Below are positions 53,349 through 54,380 of a stretch of 54,380 nt of DNA, piece after piece. This DNA is from an uncultured Candidatus Saccharibacteria bacterium (GTDB lineage: Bacteria; Patescibacteriota; Minisyncoccia; Phycocordibacterales; UBA5272): NCBI GenBank assembly GCA_964393005.1, contig CAYMRR010000001.1, forward strand, positions 1 through 54,380, written 5' to 3'. Under the pieces are notes generated by a model, which saw nothing but the letters and a program-made list of their open reading frames with translations, had not been told where the DNA came from and searched no databases. Position numbers and translations under genes: made by a program. The first letter of the stretch is position 1. Every line of letters begins with the position of its first letter.

Positions 53349-54380
53349 CCTTTTTCGGACAAGAGTCCATTTTGAACGAATCCAAGCGGACGGCACGAAG
53401 TGCCGTCCAAGCATTTCCCTCTGAAAAATCCTGCATTTCGGGCGCGCTTGCGCGCACCTTTTTGTTTTGGAGGAGGAGGTTCGAGCCAAAGATTTCTTTG
53501 GCACAGACCTTTTTGCGAAAAAGGTCTGTATCCAATGCAATTTTTTCTATATTCTGTGCGTCCTTTATCCACTTTTCCATCGGTTCGAGCCAATGTTTCT
53601 GCTTCATTTGAGAACGAGAAATTTCTTCTTCCAGCGACTTTTTTTCGGAAAGCAGTTTTGATTTTTTAGAACGATATACTTCTTTGTCTATGTCTTGGTC
53701 TAAATAGCCGTCTAAAAGTCGCTGGAGCTTCGTGGTGATGTCTTGTATGCGTTTCTCGTTCTCTGATACCAAAGCAGAAACAGACTGGGCGGATTCCACT
53801 TTGTCTTTTTCAAGTCGTCGGTTTAGATAGTCCACCCAGTCTTGTGGTAAAGAAACTTTTTGCAAAAGTGATGAAATTTGTCCGTCCAAGACTTCCTGGC
53901 GAATACAAGGTTCATGACATTTCATATCTCTGCGTTTTTTAGAACAATGATAGTAGGTGTAAAAATGTTGCGTACCATTAAGTTGAGTTTTAACCTTGTA
54001 TTCGCCAGTGATCATCATTCCGCAATTTCCACAGCTTAACAATCCGCAATATGCTTGAGGTTCATTTTTTGCTTTGTGTCTTGGACGACCTCTTTGTTTC
54101 ATCACTTCTTGCACTTTATCCCAAAGTTTCTTTTCCACGATTGGCTCGTGCTTGCCTTCGTAAATTTCTTTATTAAATCTAAAGTGTCCGTAGTAAAATG
54201 GATTGGATAAAATGAAAGTGGCACGAGTTCGGTGGATTTTCTTTCCGTTTTTTGCAAAAAGATTATTTTGCGCCAAAAACATACCGATAGTATCTAGTGT
54301 TTGATTACCTTGCGAATACATTTCAAACGCTTTACGAACAATAGGCGCGGATTTTTTATCTATGTGAATAGTTTTTGTTC
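53287..54380 (-). CDS. large serine recombinase, C-terminal part (5' end lies beyond the window edge; true 3' end uncertain)
   Basis: Recombinase domain (SAPIVRKAFEMYSQGN, ILSNPFYYGHF), zinc ribbon (CGNCG ... YYHCSKK ... C) and a long coiled-coil. The frame stays open from 54321 to 54380. The first in-frame stop (53287-53289) lies inside the antisense of tRNA-Thr. Confidence 0.8.
   Translation of the reverse strand, partial: TKTIHIDKKSAPIVRKAFEMYSQGNQTLDTIGMFLAQNNLFAKNGKKIHRTRATFILSNPFYYGHFRFNKEIYEGKHEPIVEKKLWDKVQEVMKQRGRPRHKAKNEPQAYCGLLSCGNCGMMITGEYKVKTQLNGTQHFYTYYHCSKKRRDMKCHEPCIRQEVLDGQISSLLQKVSLPQDWVDYLNRRLEKDKVESAQSVSALVSENEKRIQDITTKLQRLLDGYLDQDIDKEVYRSKKSKLLSEKKSLEEEISRSQMKQKHWLEPMEKWIKDAQNIEKIALDTDLFRKKVCAKEIFGSNLLLQNKKVRASAPEMQDFSEGNAWTALRAVRLDSFKMDSCPKKEPIVRIELTTSSLPWMRSTD
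53349..54380. mobile_element. left edge of a putative integrated element (prophage/ICE/island) abutting tRNA-Thr
   Basis: G+C steps up exactly after the tRNA 3' end. Hand counts are 34/60, 26/60 and 28/60 inside, versus 19/60 just outside and 13/60 at the window start. A serine recombinase gene sits at the boundary. Confidence 0.6.

Noticed and set aside
53231-53669. Three plus-strand and two extra minus-strand ORFs (63-126 aa) around tRNA-Thr and the island edge
   Set aside because: They overlap the tRNA or the recombinase frame. The higher G+C here removes stop codons in all frames, and none has a recognisable motif.
1-54380. Alternative genetic code (UGA recoding as in Gracilibacteria/SR1 or Mollicutes), inteins, or introns
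   Set aside because: All large housekeeping ORFs are intact and of normal or short length under the standard code. TGA is used as a stop, for example at the tgt/CapA ATGA overlap. No protein shows an intein-sized insertion and no tRNA has an intron.

Overview
Very AT-rich, tightly packed bacterial chromosome segment. Hand counts of sample 60-nt lines give about 22-32 % G+C. Almost no CDS has a Shine-Dalgarno motif. The lineage looks like a Patescibacteria/CPR-type reduced genome. That call is inference from gene content and protein style: a sigma70-region-4/HARE-HTH protein, a Lys-rich RpoD N-terminus, a short hinge-less SMC, and Lys/Asn-rich inserts in core enzymes. The standard genetic code fits.

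About 45 credible CDS are present, and nearly all are housekeeping:
- Repair and replication: uvrB, uvrA, dnaG, topA, smc-like, parB, dprA.
- Transcription: rpoB-rpoC, rpoD.
- Translation and tRNA modification: leuS, gatB, tgt, mnmA, miaA, trmD, rpsP, obg, RNase R.
- Other: an RSH (p)ppGpp enzyme, mltG, an aquaporin, a cysteine desulfurase, HIT, DsbA-like, PAP2, SanA-like and CapA-like proteins, and a divergent split transketolase-like pair.

Six tRNA genes are present: Tyr-GTA, Leu-CAA, Leu-TAA, Cys-GCA, Ala-TGC and Thr-GGT. None encodes CCA.

I found no CRISPR array, rRNA, intein, reverse transcriptase or recognisable defence or toxin system. Two things stand out:
1. Five orphan cassettes share one layout: near-consensus extended -10 promoter, related 5' sequence, then an intrinsic terminator after only about 50-90 nt. 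They sit in intergenic gaps, and three of them face against both flanking genes. They may be a small-RNA family or insulator-like elements.
2. G+C jumps abruptly to about 43-57 % exactly at the 3' end of tRNA-Thr (53348/53349). A large serine recombinase gene follows, running off the window edge. This looks like the edge of an integrated mobile element.

Several orphan proteins (508 aa, 480 aa, 135 aa) have no function I can assign. No complete novel multi-gene system can be supported from this window alone.
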